From NCBI GenBank assembly GCA_905178155.1, contig CAJINV010000002.1, positions 9,616,650 to 9,680,649 on the forward strand: a DNA stretch of 64,000 nt, given 5' to 3'. A program made the translations under genes and the position numbers. This DNA is from Amoebophrya sp. A120. Lineage: Eukaryota; Protista; Dinoflagellata. The stretch's first letter is position 1, and each line of letters starts with the position of its first letter. Positions 42,415 to 55,800 of this stretch are shown one piece after another. The notes below the pieces were generated by a model that made no database searches, was not told the origin of the DNA, and saw only the letters and a list, made by a program, of their open reading frames with translations.

Positions 42415-45400
42415 GTGCCAGGAGTCGGAGTACCAAACGAAAGCGACCGAATGCCGCGGCAGAGTGTGCAGCCCGATGCCCGAACGGCCAGTGATGTGCA
42501 CAAGGCGAGCCGGTGCCGCGTGGCGCAGCACGACTTGCTTTCCGTTTCCCACGTACTGGATCGGGACCACCATCACGGATCTCCACCACCGGGTCGAGAC
42601 CACGAGGAAGCAGACCTAGAAAACGAGCCGCATTCCACCCACGACTTTGCGCGCGACCTGGCGGAGGGACTCACGCGCAAGTCCCACTTCCACGCGCTCG
42701 CCCGCGTCGCCAACAATTCCAAGCTGAAGGAGACGGGTATCCCGCGGAAGCGGTATTTGTTTCCGTCCCTGATCCGCATGACTTGCATCGCGGGGGTGTG
42801 TCTGGCCCACTACGTCGAGAAACAGTGCAGCGAGATGGCGCACGGGAGCGTGTGGAAGAGAGTGAGGGACGTCAGCTACGCGGACCCTGTGCGGAGCTAC
42901 AAGAAGGCGGCGCTGGAGCAAGAGTTCGTCCAGCGCGGAGACTATTTTGCGTCCTACGGGGCGTCCACGGCGCACCTGGTTTTGCCGTGGCTGATGGCGC
43001 TGAGCGGCACGTTGGAAGGCCTCAGCTCCTCCCCCCTGTGGTCGCGCGTCTTGTGGTGCGGCGTGGTGCTGGGGCTCGGCTTGCTTTCGAACTACCTGAA
43101 CATGGTGCTCGGGGACGAGGATCCGCGCTTTTCGAAAGAGGACGACTTCGCCTTCAATCTCGTGTACCAGATGGGTTTCATGGTGGTGCTTATCGCATTT
43201 ACAGTGCTCGTGCGGCCGCTGAAGGTCTATCTAAACGGCGGGAGCGGAATTTCGGTACTACAAGTAATGGGGGGCGGGGAGAGAAGGCGGGAGCGCGACG
43301 AGTCTACTGAAGGCGCACGAAAGGGTGGAACGACTTCTGCTTCTACTACGCCCAGTCATGCATTGGGGCAGGTTGGGATCGAAGGAGCGCGCCAAGCCGC
43401 AGCCGGTGCTGCTTTCCCCGCCGGATCCGACGCGAAGTCGAATGTTGTGCCTAAGGTTCTTATTTCCCAGGAGACCGTGACCACTGCCAACAGTCCCGAC
43501 ACCAGTGACAGAAGAAGTCTTGCTGTAGTGCAACAGTCACATCAGGGCAGCTCCAGGAAAAAAAGCGCACTGCTGACGAGCGTGCTGGCCCCCTACATGG
43601 CGCTTTCCCTCTCGGCCGTTATTGTCGTCAGTGTCGTGGCCGATCTGCCGTATTTTGGTCTTGTCACCAGCCTGTTCCTCCTCGCCGTTTTTCTCCAAGT
43701 CACCGCTGGCGTCGTCTCGCTCGCGGCGTTTGCCATCGCAACAATCCTTCTGCAGCTGCTCCCGCACTTTGTCCTGTCGCTCGAGCGCGGCTGGCCGTAC
43801 GAGAAACCAAACGCAGGCCTCCCCTACCTGAGCTACCAGTGGGCGAAGTTGGCGTATATTTTTTTCCTCGGCTTCACCTTCGGAGGCGTTGTGATGAAGT
43901 TCCACGCGAGCCCCGAGGCAATCTCTCGCGCGAAGACCATCCGCGAGAAGCATCTGGAGTCGGCTTTGGAGCAGAGCGGAAACACCGAACAGGACGTTTT
44001 TGTTGAAAAAGGAACAGAACACCTGGCACCGGAAGACGTGCACATTTCCGAAGATCCCACGCTTGATGGAACAGAAATGAATGGCGTCGATAAAGAGAAA
44101 ACTTCTACCCGCCCATCAGCTTCCGAGGAAAATAATGTCGACGAAGCTAGGGTTCGGACCCCGGCGTCGCCAGACTCAAGTGGTCCCAGTGGTTCTTGCG
44201 TGTTCCAGGGTGTTTTCCAGGAGACGGTCTTCCCTTGCGTTTTCGCGCTTCTGTTTCCCGTGTTCGGTATTTTCGCGGTGGACAGCATCCCCTACGCGCG
44301 GCCAGATCTGGAGTCCCCGGGTAACCAGCTTGATGAGTACGAGTTCTTCAAAACACACCCGCGGTTGAATCTGGATCCGACCACGTGGCCTTGGGATCAC
44401 GTCTACGATTCGGTTCTGGCGGGGTTGGGGGGGATTCGCGCGACTTCCGCGGCATGCGCGGCTGCAACAACTGCTGGCGGTGCAACGGGACAACCCCCAT
44501 CCGGACTCGGTTCGACCACTACGGAGGTCTGTTACACCGGCGTGCGGACCGATTACTCGAACCGCACGTCGTTGCTCGGCCAGGCCCTCGAGTCCCTTTT
44601 TTTAGACCCGACGGTCGTTTACTTACCGGCCGAGGCGCCCAACCCCCGCGACGAGCTGGAGAAACGACGGTCTCTGCGCGCCACGATGCTGCTGCGCGAC
44701 TGCGTCCTCTTTCTGACGTTCTTCGCACTGGTGGCGAACAAGACGGAGGACCGGTACGGAATTACGCCGCCGATGGACTACTGGAGTCTGCTCGCGTACG
44801 TGTTTCACCCGGTAGTCCTGAAGGGGCGGTGGGTGGAGGACGGAAGCCCGCTCGCGTTCTTAGGCTTTCTACTTTCGACCTTGACCCTTACGATGGCGGT
44901 GCACTTTCTTCTGGTGCTGCTGTTGAAGGGGCGGGTGGCCAAGCGGCTGCAGGAACGACATGATCTTCACGCGGCTGGCGTGAAGAAACAGGCAAGTAGT
45001 GCAACTTCCGTTTTTGAAGAAACAGCCACCGGACCGAGCGACGAAGTGTCCGCGGTGAGCCACGAGGAGACCATGGGAACAGGTCCCGAGAACTCGTGTG
45101 TGGGGCCTGAAGTAGCAAAGGTGATGTTGCGTCCACGTGCGCGTCTGGAGGCTCATATGATTTCCTCGAAGACGTCCGGGGCCACCGTCGACGGACCAGC
45201 GCCTGGAAGAACTGCTACTCCAGAAGCTGAGGAAACAAGCCTAACGTTCGCGCAGCGCCTCGACTTTGCTTTGTTGGAAAAGGCGAAAACGCAACACCCA
45301 GTGACAACGGCGGCCGAAGTTGCGATTCAAACTTTTGTGCCAGGCGGTGGAAGATCTTCGGGTAGGGAGAGCGTGCGCGAACAGGTGGCGCATGCCGTGC

Positions 45401-45468
45401 GGACGGCTGCAAACTCGGAGCTGCGCCGCGAGCTGCAGGATGCGTACTTAAACAGCGAGCGGGCCTGA
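42415..45468 (+). CDS. Intronless ~1000-aa polytopic membrane protein, possibly acyltransferase-3-like
   Basis: Long uninterrupted ORF with many hydrophobic helices separated by low-complexity loops; RYLFPSLIRMTCIAGVCLAH and VLPWLMALSG loosely resemble AT3 N-terminal motifs; first ATG at 42451. Confidence 0.65.
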   Translation: MPGVGVPNESDRMPRQSVQPDARTASDVHKASRCRVAQHDLLSVSHVLDRDHHHGSPPPGRDHEEADLENEPHSTHDFARDLAEGLTRKSHFHALARVANNSKLKETGIPRKRYLFPSLIRMTCIAGVCLAHYVEKQCSEMAHGSVWKRVRDVSYADPVRSYKKAALEQEFVQRGDYFASYGASTAHLVLPWLMALSGTLEGLSSSPLWSRVLWCGVVLGLGLLSNYLNMVLGDEDPRFSKEDDFAFNLVYQMGFMVVLIAFTVLVRPLKVYLNGGSGISVLQVMGGGERRRERDESTEGARKGGTTSASTTPSHALGQVGIEGARQAAAGAAFPAGSDAKSNVVPKVLISQETVTTANSPDTSDRRSLAVVQQSHQGSSRKKSALLTSVLAPYMALSLSAVIVVSVVADLPYFGLVTSLFLLAVFLQVTAGVVSLAAFAIATILLQLLPHFVLSLERGWPYEKPNAGLPYLSYQWAKLAYIFFLGFTFGGVVMKFHASPEAISRAKTIREKHLESALEQSGNTEQDVFVEKGTEHLAPEDVHISEDPTLDGTEMNGVDKEKTSTRPSASEENNVDEARVRTPASPDSSGPSGSCVFQGVFQETVFPCVFALLFPVFGIFAVDSIPYARPDLESPGNQLDEYEFFKTHPRLNLDPTTWPWDHVYDSVLAGLGGIRATSAACAAATTAGGATGQPPSGLGSTTTEVCYTGVRTDYSNRTSLLGQALESLFLDPTVVYLPAEAPNPRDELEKRRSLRATMLLRDCVLFLTFFALVANKTEDRYGITPPMDYWSLLAYVFHPVVLKGRWVEDGSPLAFLGFLLSTLTLTMAVHFLLVLLLKGRVAKRLQERHDLHAAGVKKQASSATSVFEETATGPSDEVSAVSHEETMGTGPENSCVGPEVAKVMLRPRARLEAHMISSKTSGATVDGPAPGRTATPEAEETSLTFAQRLDFALLEKAKTQHPVTTAAEVAIQTFVPGGGRSSGRESVREQVAHAVRTAANSELRRELQDAYLNSERA

Positions 45469-46411
45469 GTAGAGCACTTATAATGGTTATGCAGGAGGAG
45501 CCCCTTGTCCTCATGTGCTGTGAATGATAAAAAAATCGAAGGTCGTAGGAATCGAACGTGACTACTGGCAACCAAATCATATGAATATGTGCTACTTTTT
45601 CGACGCACCTCCGAGTAGACAGTGTAGTTTGTGTAGGAGGTGGTAACAGCTCCATCCGAGAGGAAAACAGTACTAGAAATCAGTAGACAAAAAGACCGGA
45701 GCAGGAGGAAACAATTGAAAAACTGAATTGGGTACTTTCTGGTTCTGTTCTCGTCTAGCTGGATTCCAATTCTCGCAGCTCAAAAAAGAAATTTTCTGTT
45801 TGATTTTGCGGGTTGAATCGGAAAATCCACCGAAACAAACAGTTTAAAGAAAAAGACTAAGTCCGACTCTTGGAATGAATAGGATTTGAATGAGTCGCGC
45901 AACTCTTCCTCTGAACGATCTGCAGGGTTTATTTTTGCCTTTTGCTCATGCTCTGAACTTCTTCAACTTATTGTTTTCAGCAATAAAGAATGATCAGCAA
46001 TCAGCTGCAAGGATCCTCTGCGTTTCCACCTCTCTCTTCATTTTTGATCAAACATGCAGTAAGGAGCCTCTAATGCTGTCAGAAACCGTAACCTCTTTCG
46101 TGATCTTGTCGGCGGTTTGTCATAATGGTCTTGCTTGCTCCGTATGCGTATCGGTTAAGTTCGTGGTAAAAAATATTATTTGGATATTCATCCCGACATT
46201 CATTTGCAGCAAAGTGCTTCTTCAATTCCTTTTACTACAAGCAGACAGACAGAAGGGCAGTGTAAAAGTAGTTTCTCCAGATCCAAAAAAGAGCTGCCCT
46301 AGCGACTGCGACCAGCGCGATTGTTCGCTGCAAGCTAGTTGTTTTGCTTGGCCCACGGAGTGCCAGCTTCATCTTGCTAGCTTCATCTTGCTGCATATAG
46401 ACGCGACGAGG

Positions 46412-49242
46412 ATGCGGACCACTTTGAGCAGGCTGCTGCTGTTTGGCTCCTTGGTGGCACTGCAGCAAGCAACTGTTGTGCGCGGTGGTGGCCACGCCAC
46501 GGTAGAGGACGCAGACGAGGCCCCACTCTTCGCGACAGGTTTGGAGTGACAAAGATATATATTTGCTTTTCTCGCCGTGCATAGGTTTTTAGTATTTTTT
46601 CTACTGGCTGCTTCTGCTAGTAACCAAAACAAAGTGCTACCTTTAGTGACATGTCGGAGGGAAATTAAACCTCGAAAAACAGACGACGCCGCTTCCAAAC
46701 CCGCCGGCGCGGATACCGGCGGAGGTGCGGATGGGAAGAAGTTCTCCGAGGTGGGGGACCTCCAGTCTGGGGACGCTTCTAGTACGACGGGGAGTTCCAC
46801 CGCCAGTGGCTCCGGCGACAGCACCAATGCGGGCTTGCCCGCCTGGGCGCTCCTGTTCCAGAGCGTGCGGCATCCGCTCATTTTGGTGTTTCTTGTCTTC
46901 TTCGGGTGGCGACACGTGGGAAGATGGCGTAACAGCAGAATAGCGCAGTCCGTGTTCGTATGGATCAAGTAAATGTAGCTTCGTCATGCAGGAGCGCGGA
47001 GGCGGAAAGATTTTTTTACCACTTTGATATGGGTTATACGCAGTCGGATTTTGTGTCTATAGCTATTCGGCTATCTGTATCAAGAGTATGGCTCTACTTC
47101 GGCTGCCATTTTTGTCAGTGCGATTCTCTTTGTATATTAGTCTCGTCTGTGCAGAACTTCTCTTTGCGTGCGCGTACTGTACACATGATGCTTGTTTTGC
47201 GTTCGATAAGACGGCCCGCTGTCTGGTCCGGAGTTTTGGAAAGCCGCAAAAATAGCGAAAATGACAGAGATGGAGGAAAAAGAGTACATTGGATATGTTT
47301 TTTTGTCCCACTGAGTAGCAACCTAATGGTAATAGAATGAAATCCAAGGTGATATTATGCTAGTATGCCAAGGTAGAGATGATCCAGCCACGAAGATTTT
47401 TCGGCGCAAGAGAGTGATTGTTGTGATTTGGTTTTGCGGCCGCATGAAAGAGTACTTAAAACTTCAAATTTTGATTTCAGCGGTACAACCCGCTCAGGCG
47501 TTACAATCTCAAACGTTACAATAGAATCTGAGATTTGTCTTGCGTGATAAGCATGATCTAGCCAACTCCCATGTGATTGCGCATGAGAAATTCCGGAGCT
47601 CCAAACCCCACTACAATGTGGGGAAATTTGTATTGCAAAAGGTGGCACGCTGCGCGAGTCTGTCATGCCGATCATGCAACAGAAATTCCAGATTCTATTG
47701 TAACGTTTGAGATTGTAACGTTTGAGCAAGTCATAAGCGGCCATATCTTCGAAGCGGTTGGGCTGACGGAAAGGAACGCCGGGTTCTGCATGATGGTCCA
47801 GACGCAGCGCCGAGTATCGTGAGAAAAAAGTGTTACTACAGTTGCACACTCAGATGCAAGACCAGCAAGACAGACAACCTCTGTCATGCAGGAAATGCTT
47901 CTCAGTCCCATTTCATAGGTGTTTTCCCTTAGAGCTACGCTATGCGGACCAACTTTGTGATGCTGTAATTGCAACAAGTGTGTAAGTAACTGTAGCACTT
48001 TTTTCCTGTGATACCGAGAGGATAGTTTTTACTGCATGTTGTATCCACAGTTTTCTCACGTTCAACGCAATCGAGCTCTGCAAAAAATTCCTGGCTGGCA
48101 ATTCTGTAGTATCGACAAAATGCATTTATTCTGCCAACGATGAAGCGTAAAAGTATTCACAATCTCTAGAGCACCCTGATCACTGCGAGAGCTATCCCTT
48201 TCCTCGCGCAGCCAGTGTGCGACCGCCTCTGGCGCTTTGCTCGATGCCTGTTGATAGAACTTTTCCATTTGCACACATTTTCTGGATGGATATGGCCCGA
48301 CACGGATCGCCTGATTTTGGAGATTGAGCTCCGTATCTTAACTTTTGTGGTGTTTGGTCTGATATGGATATCGCTTTCCGTTATGAAACTGTGTGTGCGT
48401 CGAGTAGGCACTACATAAAAATTGACAAATATCAAAAACGAACAACAGCCGACCTGGACCCCTACTCAATCGCCATTCTGCGCAAGGGCACCAGCCACCG
48501 CACGGAGCATCGCAACCTGAAGGAGAGCAAACCGCGGCTGAAAGTGCAGTACGTGGACGCTGGCGAGTACCTTGTCGTGGCCGATCAAACGGAGCCGTTG
48601 ACGCAATTAGTTGAGACGAATTGCATTGAAGACTCCCTGCTGCTGAAAATTTTGAACACGCCCCGCTGCAGCAGTGCATCAGAGCAAAAAGGAAGCAAGC
48701 CCGACCCGACGAACGCGGATACAAAGCTAGTGGAGTGCGTGCACATCTCGTACAAGTACCAGCGGCATTACTTCGGCGTGTTGGCGCAGCGGTTTCCGCC
48801 GATGCCGATTTTGTCCGTGACGCTCCGGGTCGACGAGGGTGTAGTGGAGACGGCGCGGAAGATTTTGCCCTTGATGGCAAAACTCGCGGACCAGGCGGTG
48901 AGCAAAGTGAAGCTGCCCGAGTCGCTGAAGAAAAAGATCGCGCTGGCTGCAAACAGTGCGGGGACGACCAGCGGCGGACCTGGTGGTTTGGGTAGCAAGG
49001 CGGGCGACGGTGCCAGTAGTGCAGCGGATCAAGCGAATTTTGAATCCAACTACCAGCGGCAAAAGCACTTGGAACGGCAGGCTCACGAGCGGAAGCTCGC
49101 GAAGAAGAAAGAGGAGCGTGCAAAGGTGCTGGAAATGACACCGGAGCAGCAAATGAAGTACGAGGAAAAGGAGCGGCAGCGAGAGCTAAAAAAGCGCATG
49201 ACGGGGGGAGGAAAAATCAAGCGCATGTCAGTGGCCGCGTAG
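46412..49242 (+). CDS. CCDC47: CCDC47 / PAT complex subunit (DUF1682)-like ER membrane protein; middle exons unresolved
   Basis: Signal peptide MRTTLSRLLLFGSLVALQ; TM followed by GRWRNSRIAQSV; PDTDRLILEIEL; C-terminal coiled coil AKKKEERAKVLEMTPEQQMKYEEKERQRELKKRM. Confidence 0.75.
47484..47735. mobile_element. Family E introner
   Basis: CGTTACAATCTCAAACGTTACAATAGAATCTG / CAGATTCTATTGTAACGTTTGAGATTGTAACG; perfect TSD AGCGG. Confidence 0.9.
47815..48013. mobile_element. Family D-like introner
   Basis: TATCGTGAGAAAAAAGTG / CACTTTTTTCCTGTGATA; perfect TSD CCGAG. Confidence 0.9.
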
Positions 49243-49890
49243 AAGTGTCGCTCCCGGTGGAAATACGACCGCCTGAAGCTTTGTAATTGTGCTGTTAAGG
49301 TGGAGTGCTGCAGCACCATTGTAGAAAACTTGTACAAATGACGTGAATTATCGTAGCTGCTCTAGCGGGCTCGACGCCCGACGCGGACGAGCCAGAAAGA
49401 CTCTACTTCCTCGCAGGGCGGCCAGAAATTCTGCAAGCCGCGTAATCACTGTGTCCATTTTTTACATCATTTTCAAATCGCGACGTTTGATTGATGTCAG
49501 TAAACCACGTGGTAGACTGCACGTAAGCCGTTGTCATTTGATCCGGTGATGATACAACTTTATGCGGTGTAATTCTCACGGCTATTCTGTTTTCAATTTG
49601 TTTTTGTTCCCGAGTTGCGGTACGAGCGTCCTCCCTCCGAGTGTTGACTTCCTCACTGCTGGTTTTTCAAATGTTTTTGTACTTGTACTCTTCCGGCTGA
49701 ATTCCCGTACGCGAAGAAAAGACTAAAATAGAGGGCGGCGCGAGTGAAAACTGGGGTGCGGCCACATACGTAGTGGGTCTGTGACACTTAGTCGTACTTG
49801 CATTGTTTTATTATTCCTCCGTGCTAAACAACATCAATAAGCAGAAGCACCACGAAGGCGAATTTGCAAAAGTCCTTGTCTGCTAGGAAG

Positions 49891-52800
49891 ATGTCGGCCG
49901 CTGCTGCGTCCAGTCATCAACCAGCTCAGACGGTCGTAACCGTGCTGAGCAACAACCAAAGCACTCACACTTCCCCACCCTTGCCGCCATACTTGGGCGG
50001 GGCCGCGCAGGGAAACGTGCGCATCTCGGTGTTTGAGCCGAAGGAGTTTCCGGCAAATCCGAAGGTGGAATGTTGGGAGGTAACGATCAAGCGGGTGCGA
50101 GAGCAGCTGGTGCTGTGGAAGGAGACGGTGCGGGACCTGCGCTTCACGGTGGACATCCCCACCACGACTGGTTCTTCGCATAGGACCCCGGGCACGTCTC
50201 ACAGCAACAGCGTCTCGCCGCTGAACGCAGCACCCAGCAGCCTCGGGCTGAGCACCCCGTCGCAACGGTTCCAGCAGAATAGTGCCAACAACACCAGCCA
50301 CCGCAGCCGCACGCCGTCCGGCGAAAACCCTGCTTGGGGCGGTGGCAACAATAAAGCCACGACGGTTCTATTAGACGAAAAGGATGCGATCGTGCTCGAG
50401 TTTTTGCCCCAATACGACCCCGCGTGGGTGACGTTTCTGACCGAGAACGGCCTGAGCGCCAACGCGGGCGGGTCCGCCTCCGCCGCGGACAATATGTACC
50501 ACTTGAATATCCCCCTGACGGCGATCGCGCTGGACAAGTTTCCTTCCTGGTCCGGGACCAGCGCGCTGTACCCGCGGCTGCAGTACCCCGCGGTAGACCA
50601 ACCTTTCTACTTCCAGAACGCCGTCTCCCTGGGGCAAAAGGTGCGGAAAAACAACTCGCCGAACGTGAAATTGGCCTTCCAGTTTCTGCCGACAGCGATG
50701 AGGAGTTGTGAGGCGCAACTTCCGGACGAGAAAATTGCAGCCGGAATCGGAGGACCGCAAACTTTGCTCCTGCCGCTTTCATCTCGGGACGGGCAGTTTC
50801 AGCAAGATCAGCGATTACCCCCACTCGGGGGGAGTGCGATGAATCACAATCAACAACAAGAGATATTAAATGCTGCTTCGGCACTAGCTGCAGCAACAGC
50901 TGCGCAAGTGGAGGTTGACTCAGGCAATGCGTCTGCGTTAGATTTGCATCGCTTGCGTGGCTCGGTCGCCTACGCACGGCTGCTGCATCTCCAGACACTG
51001 CCTGTGATTCTACCCGCGGAGATAAACTGATGAATTGGAATTGAAGATGAATTGCTTCGCCGTCTTTCTATTTGTAGTACAACAGCTAGTTGCGGCAACT
51101 GGCGGTTGCGCCAGCTCTCGAAAATGATACTCGTCTGTTCGATGAGACGCACGGCAGCACAAAGGCAGCACTGTGCTTTCTACAGACACCTGACTCACCT
51201 ATTTTCGCCGGTCGTTTGCTGTTCTGCATGGTTCGTTCTGTTGACGGCGTTTTTTCGTCCTGACGGCGTTTTCTTTTGACGTCCTTTTTGCTAATTTTGC
51301 AATGATCTAACGCTTGCTTCTATCTTTGCTTTCACTTCTCGTTTCCGTTCTTTCGTTTGTCCTGTTTGAAATTTTTGGTTCTTTGCTCGATCGGATCTGA
51401 ACAAAAATGTCGGGGATAAAGGCACTGACATATCGCGTTGCTGCAAAGAAGATAGGTGAAATACAGCAAAGTTCCTGAAAGGTATAGTCGGAGCTAGGTG
51501 TAGAGAGGGTAAGTGGCCGAAAATACGGATTGTCTAGCCTAGTGGGGACGCGAACGCCAGAGAAAATTACGGACACAGGCACGAAGAAGCACAAAGTTCT
51601 TCTGTCGGCGAAATAGCAGGAGAAACGGCAGGGTCCCGGCTTGGAGGAGCAAGTGGCGCATTGTCAACCTATCTGCGACCACACTGACCACCCTGGAGCT
51701 GGAGAAGTTGGAGTGTGAGTACTTGCACTTACCTCCAGATGCGCACTTCGCACGCGGTTGTGATGTCTTCCGTGCCGGAGGAGGAGGAGTTGCCGGGGTC
51801 CGAAATGAGTCGCAACAAGGTGAATGATAGCAGTATCTCGTCCTCCTATGTCGGGGAGGAGGATGCGGTTTCCGTTTCCTCCAACGAAGACGCTTTGTCC
51901 GTGTCGGCGAAGCGATATCACACAGCAAAAAGTGATGCTTGTAAATGCAAAAGATAAAGGCTCGATACAACGACACAAGCATTAATAAACGCTGCTGCGT
52001 GTTGCTTATTACCCATTACAGATCAATACCATTTTGTTTTTGCCATTTCCGCATCTTTTTTTTCTGTGTGATGATTGGCGCACAAAGGTGTCCGAATCCC
52101 ACAGTTCCGGGCTGCACTTGTCCCCGACGGCCGGTGGTGCTGGTGGCACTGCGGCCGGGGCCAGTTCTACTTCCTCGTCTTGCGGGATCAACAATTATCT
52201 CACGGAGACAAACCTGAACAGAAACTCTGGCACCAATCAATACCACACGACTACCGAGACGCACAGCAGTTTTCATCTCCGCGGCCGATCGTCCGACGAG
52301 CATTCCTCCAAAGGTCGGTCGTCCCTGCAGGAACAGTTTGGAGGCGAGCTGCAACCAGGCCCCGCGGAGGGGACGACCTTCTGCATTCCCTCCTTCGTGC
52401 AACACAGCCGGCAAAGTCTGCAGGACGGTTTCAACGCGCTCAGCGGCGGAGGAAGTGGAACAAATTTTACAATCACGTCATCCAGCTACGCCCCCGGGAC
52501 GGTCAAAAAAGAAGCCGGAACGGCGGAGCACCAGGGTGCGTACGATGGAAACAAGCAGAAGAACAAGGGTAAGCAGCTGTTCACGGCGACGTGCTTGCTG
52601 ATGCTGCTGTTGCTGTCCGTGATCCTGTGCCTCCTGTGCATCGCCGTTTACAATCACGTGTTGACCAACCAGTACAACGGAAACTACATCCGTCGCTCCT
52701 TTTTTTCCACGCTGAACGCGCACAAGAAGAGCGACGAGCACCAGAAGCAGGGCGCCGACGCCTTCCGCCACGCCGGGTCTTCGAGCAGTGTAGACAGTGA

Positions 52801-55800
52801 CGTGTCGTCGTCGAGGGACGACGATGGGGAGCTGCTGCAAGCTGGGCGTAGTGACGGACTATCATCTGCAAGTTCCTCTTTGTTCGGAAGTAGCAGGAGC
52901 CTAGGTTCAAGATCATCACCTTCGCAAAGATCTGCCTCGTCCCCTACCGCCGAATCGACGCTCGGGGGAGCCAATTTTGCGACAAATAGTAATGTGGAAG
53001 AACAGGAACATCAACTTATGGCAGAGGGAGAACCGTTAGAGGGTGGGAGACGTCGTCCCCAGGAGGTCGACATTACGGCATCCAGATCGAGCCGCGATTC
53101 GTCGTCCCACTCCCTTGATCTGTCTATCTAATGAAAAATTAATACCTTGAATCGACTGGGAAGTGTTGGTTTGCTTTCTCTGGGCCTTCTGATGAGGATA
53201 ATTCCACAGTACTCCAGTACGTACGCACATCCGTTTTATTTGTCTGACTCCAGGTACTAGTTTTCGTACGATGCAGTCGGTGAGTGATTTAAGCGCTTTC
53301 TCGAAAAGCGCGACGCCGTCTGGAACTCGTGGTACGAATGGCGTGGGGATGAGCGGCAGCAGCGCTTTTGCGTCCAGCCCGCTAAAGCGCAGTCCGAGTA
53401 CGCAATCGACGACGTCTTGGTAGTAGGCACGGCAAGTAGGAGTGTTTCCTCGTACAATGTATTGATTTATCTGCTCGACTAATTTCCATTCTTAAAAGGA
53501 ACGCCACAACTACAACCACGTGGACGTGTCATGCATTTTGTACGCACAGTAATTACTTTAACTTTTACAACTTTTGTAGTACAGCGTGGAGATACAACAA
53601 CTTTTTCCTTGCATAGGCACAGCTTGGAGGGAAGTCAGAGTTCCTCGTCTCTACCTCTGGCTGCGTTGTCCGAGGCAGAACAGAAGGAGTTGCGGACCAG
53701 CAGCGGCGCTACAGCAGGAATTGCCAGCGACGCAAGTCTCCGCACGGGCCATTCGACATCCTCTGTCTCAGGAAGTTCTTCCAAAGTACCCGGTTCTGCT
53801 CCAAGCAGTGCACGAGCTGCGTCAAGAACACCGGATGTTGAACCAGGCATCGCAAGAACAACTCTCACGGAAGAAAAGCTTCTGCAAGTTCCGGAACTGC
53901 AGCTGGGGAAAAATGAGTTTGAAGTTGGCGACAAGAAGCGGAACAACAACGACGAAGTCCTGTTCACCGGTGTGCGCCATCAGTCGAAAATAGTACCATT
54001 CTCTGCGATGTTGAACAAGAACGGAAAGGACCTCGACGCTCGTCTTGGCCCTGGTACGACTCCGTCCGCCTCGTCAACAAACCTTCCGCAACTGACCACC
54101 CGCGACCACGAATCGCCGTCTTCGGATGCGGCGACGGCGACCTACTACGTGGATGAGTACAACCGCGGGCCTGGTGGCGGTCTGCAGGTAGACAACACGA
54201 TTTTGCTAACGTCGGATTCCGCCTCGGATTTGCTCAAGTTGTCCGACGCGCAAATTTTGGAACAGATCGAGGAGGAGGACGAGGAAGGAGGTGCCGCCGC
54301 AGAGACCACTGCGGCCAACCAGAGGATCCACAGGGTGCACAAATACAACGGCGGCGAGCGGACTGGTGTTGAAGAGGGGCAGCTTTTGTCTTCTGCAACG
54401 GGCTCATCATCTTCCAGTTTTCCATCACCGACGGAAGACGTTACAACAATTCCCGAGCGACAACAAAAAGACGGCTCAGGGGACGATGCAGAAGATTCCT
54501 CTACCGAGCCGGAGATCAAATCTCGGGAGATCCACTTCAAAGTTCCCGCGGACCACACGCACGATCGAGAATCACTGGGTTCCTATCCGAAATCACCGCG
54601 AGGACACGCGAAAGACTCAGGTGCGGCGCAAAGTGTTGCGGGAGGTCTCGAGGAAGGGGAGAAAAATGGGGGGTCGCTAGGCGTCGCTTATGAAGAGGGT
54701 GGTCGTGAAGGAGCAGAGGAGAAAGAAGAAACTACTGAGACCAGCACCTACAAAGAACCGCCCCGCGGTGGGGGACTGGCCGCGCCGGCGGACCAAGACA
54801 CGGAGGTCGCAGGCGATGAGGAACTGCGTGTCGGTCGCACAGAGGAAAAATTACAAGCGGGCTCGGAAGAACAAAATTTGCTCACGAAGACTCCAGACGA
54901 CGACCGTAGGATGGTCGAGATGTACTTCAAGCAGCAAAAGCGAAACCAGGAAGCGGCTGAATTAAGTTTACCGAACCAGAATCGTCGCGAAGGCCGGTCG
55001 CGGACGCCGTCGACCCTCGGGACCTACCCGAAAAGCCCACGCAGACGGTCCATTTCCACTGACAAAATCCTGATGCCGAGGTCGGCAGAGCAGACATTTC
55101 CGAGCAGAGAAACGACTGCAGCCTCCGACACTGGTAAGCGGGAACGTCGCGCACAAGACGCCCAGAACGTGTTCAAGAGCGATCTGTTTTTTTCCGTTTT
55201 GAAATTTCCGCTCGACGACGCGACGGAGTTGCGGGACGATGGTGCGGAGATGGGCGGTCGAAAAGCCAGCCGCCTGCGGTACCGACTCCCCGAGTTGGAT
55301 CTGGAGGAGGCTCTGAACATGGTAAAAGCAGCTTCTTCCAGTAACACCGCGGCTGCAGTAGACGCCGATGTTGGAGCAAGAACGATCTTTCAATCGGCGG
55401 TGCTGAGCTACAGTCCCTCTACGCAACTGTCCGCCGTCGCGCTCGCACCGCCAATGCCGGTGGTCAGTACAACCAGCAAAATATTGCAGAATGTCGTCGT
55501 CGAACTGCCGCCGCCGGTAGAAGAGAACGAGACCGATACTGCGCAAAAAAGTGATGTTCATTCTGGTCAGCACGAGCGAGTCGCAACCACCTTGCAGCCG
55601 GATACGGTCTTCATTCTGTGTTGGTATTTGGTGAAACACGAACAGCCAGAAGAAGGAGAAGATCTTCAAGGAGCGGAGGAAAGAACTACAAGCACGAGTA
55701 CTTCTCATTTTCCAAAAGACCATGCATTGGATTCGCAGCGCGAAAAACTTCCTTACATGCTGATTGAGAACGCGGGGAAGGTGTACAGTGCGCTGCAGAA

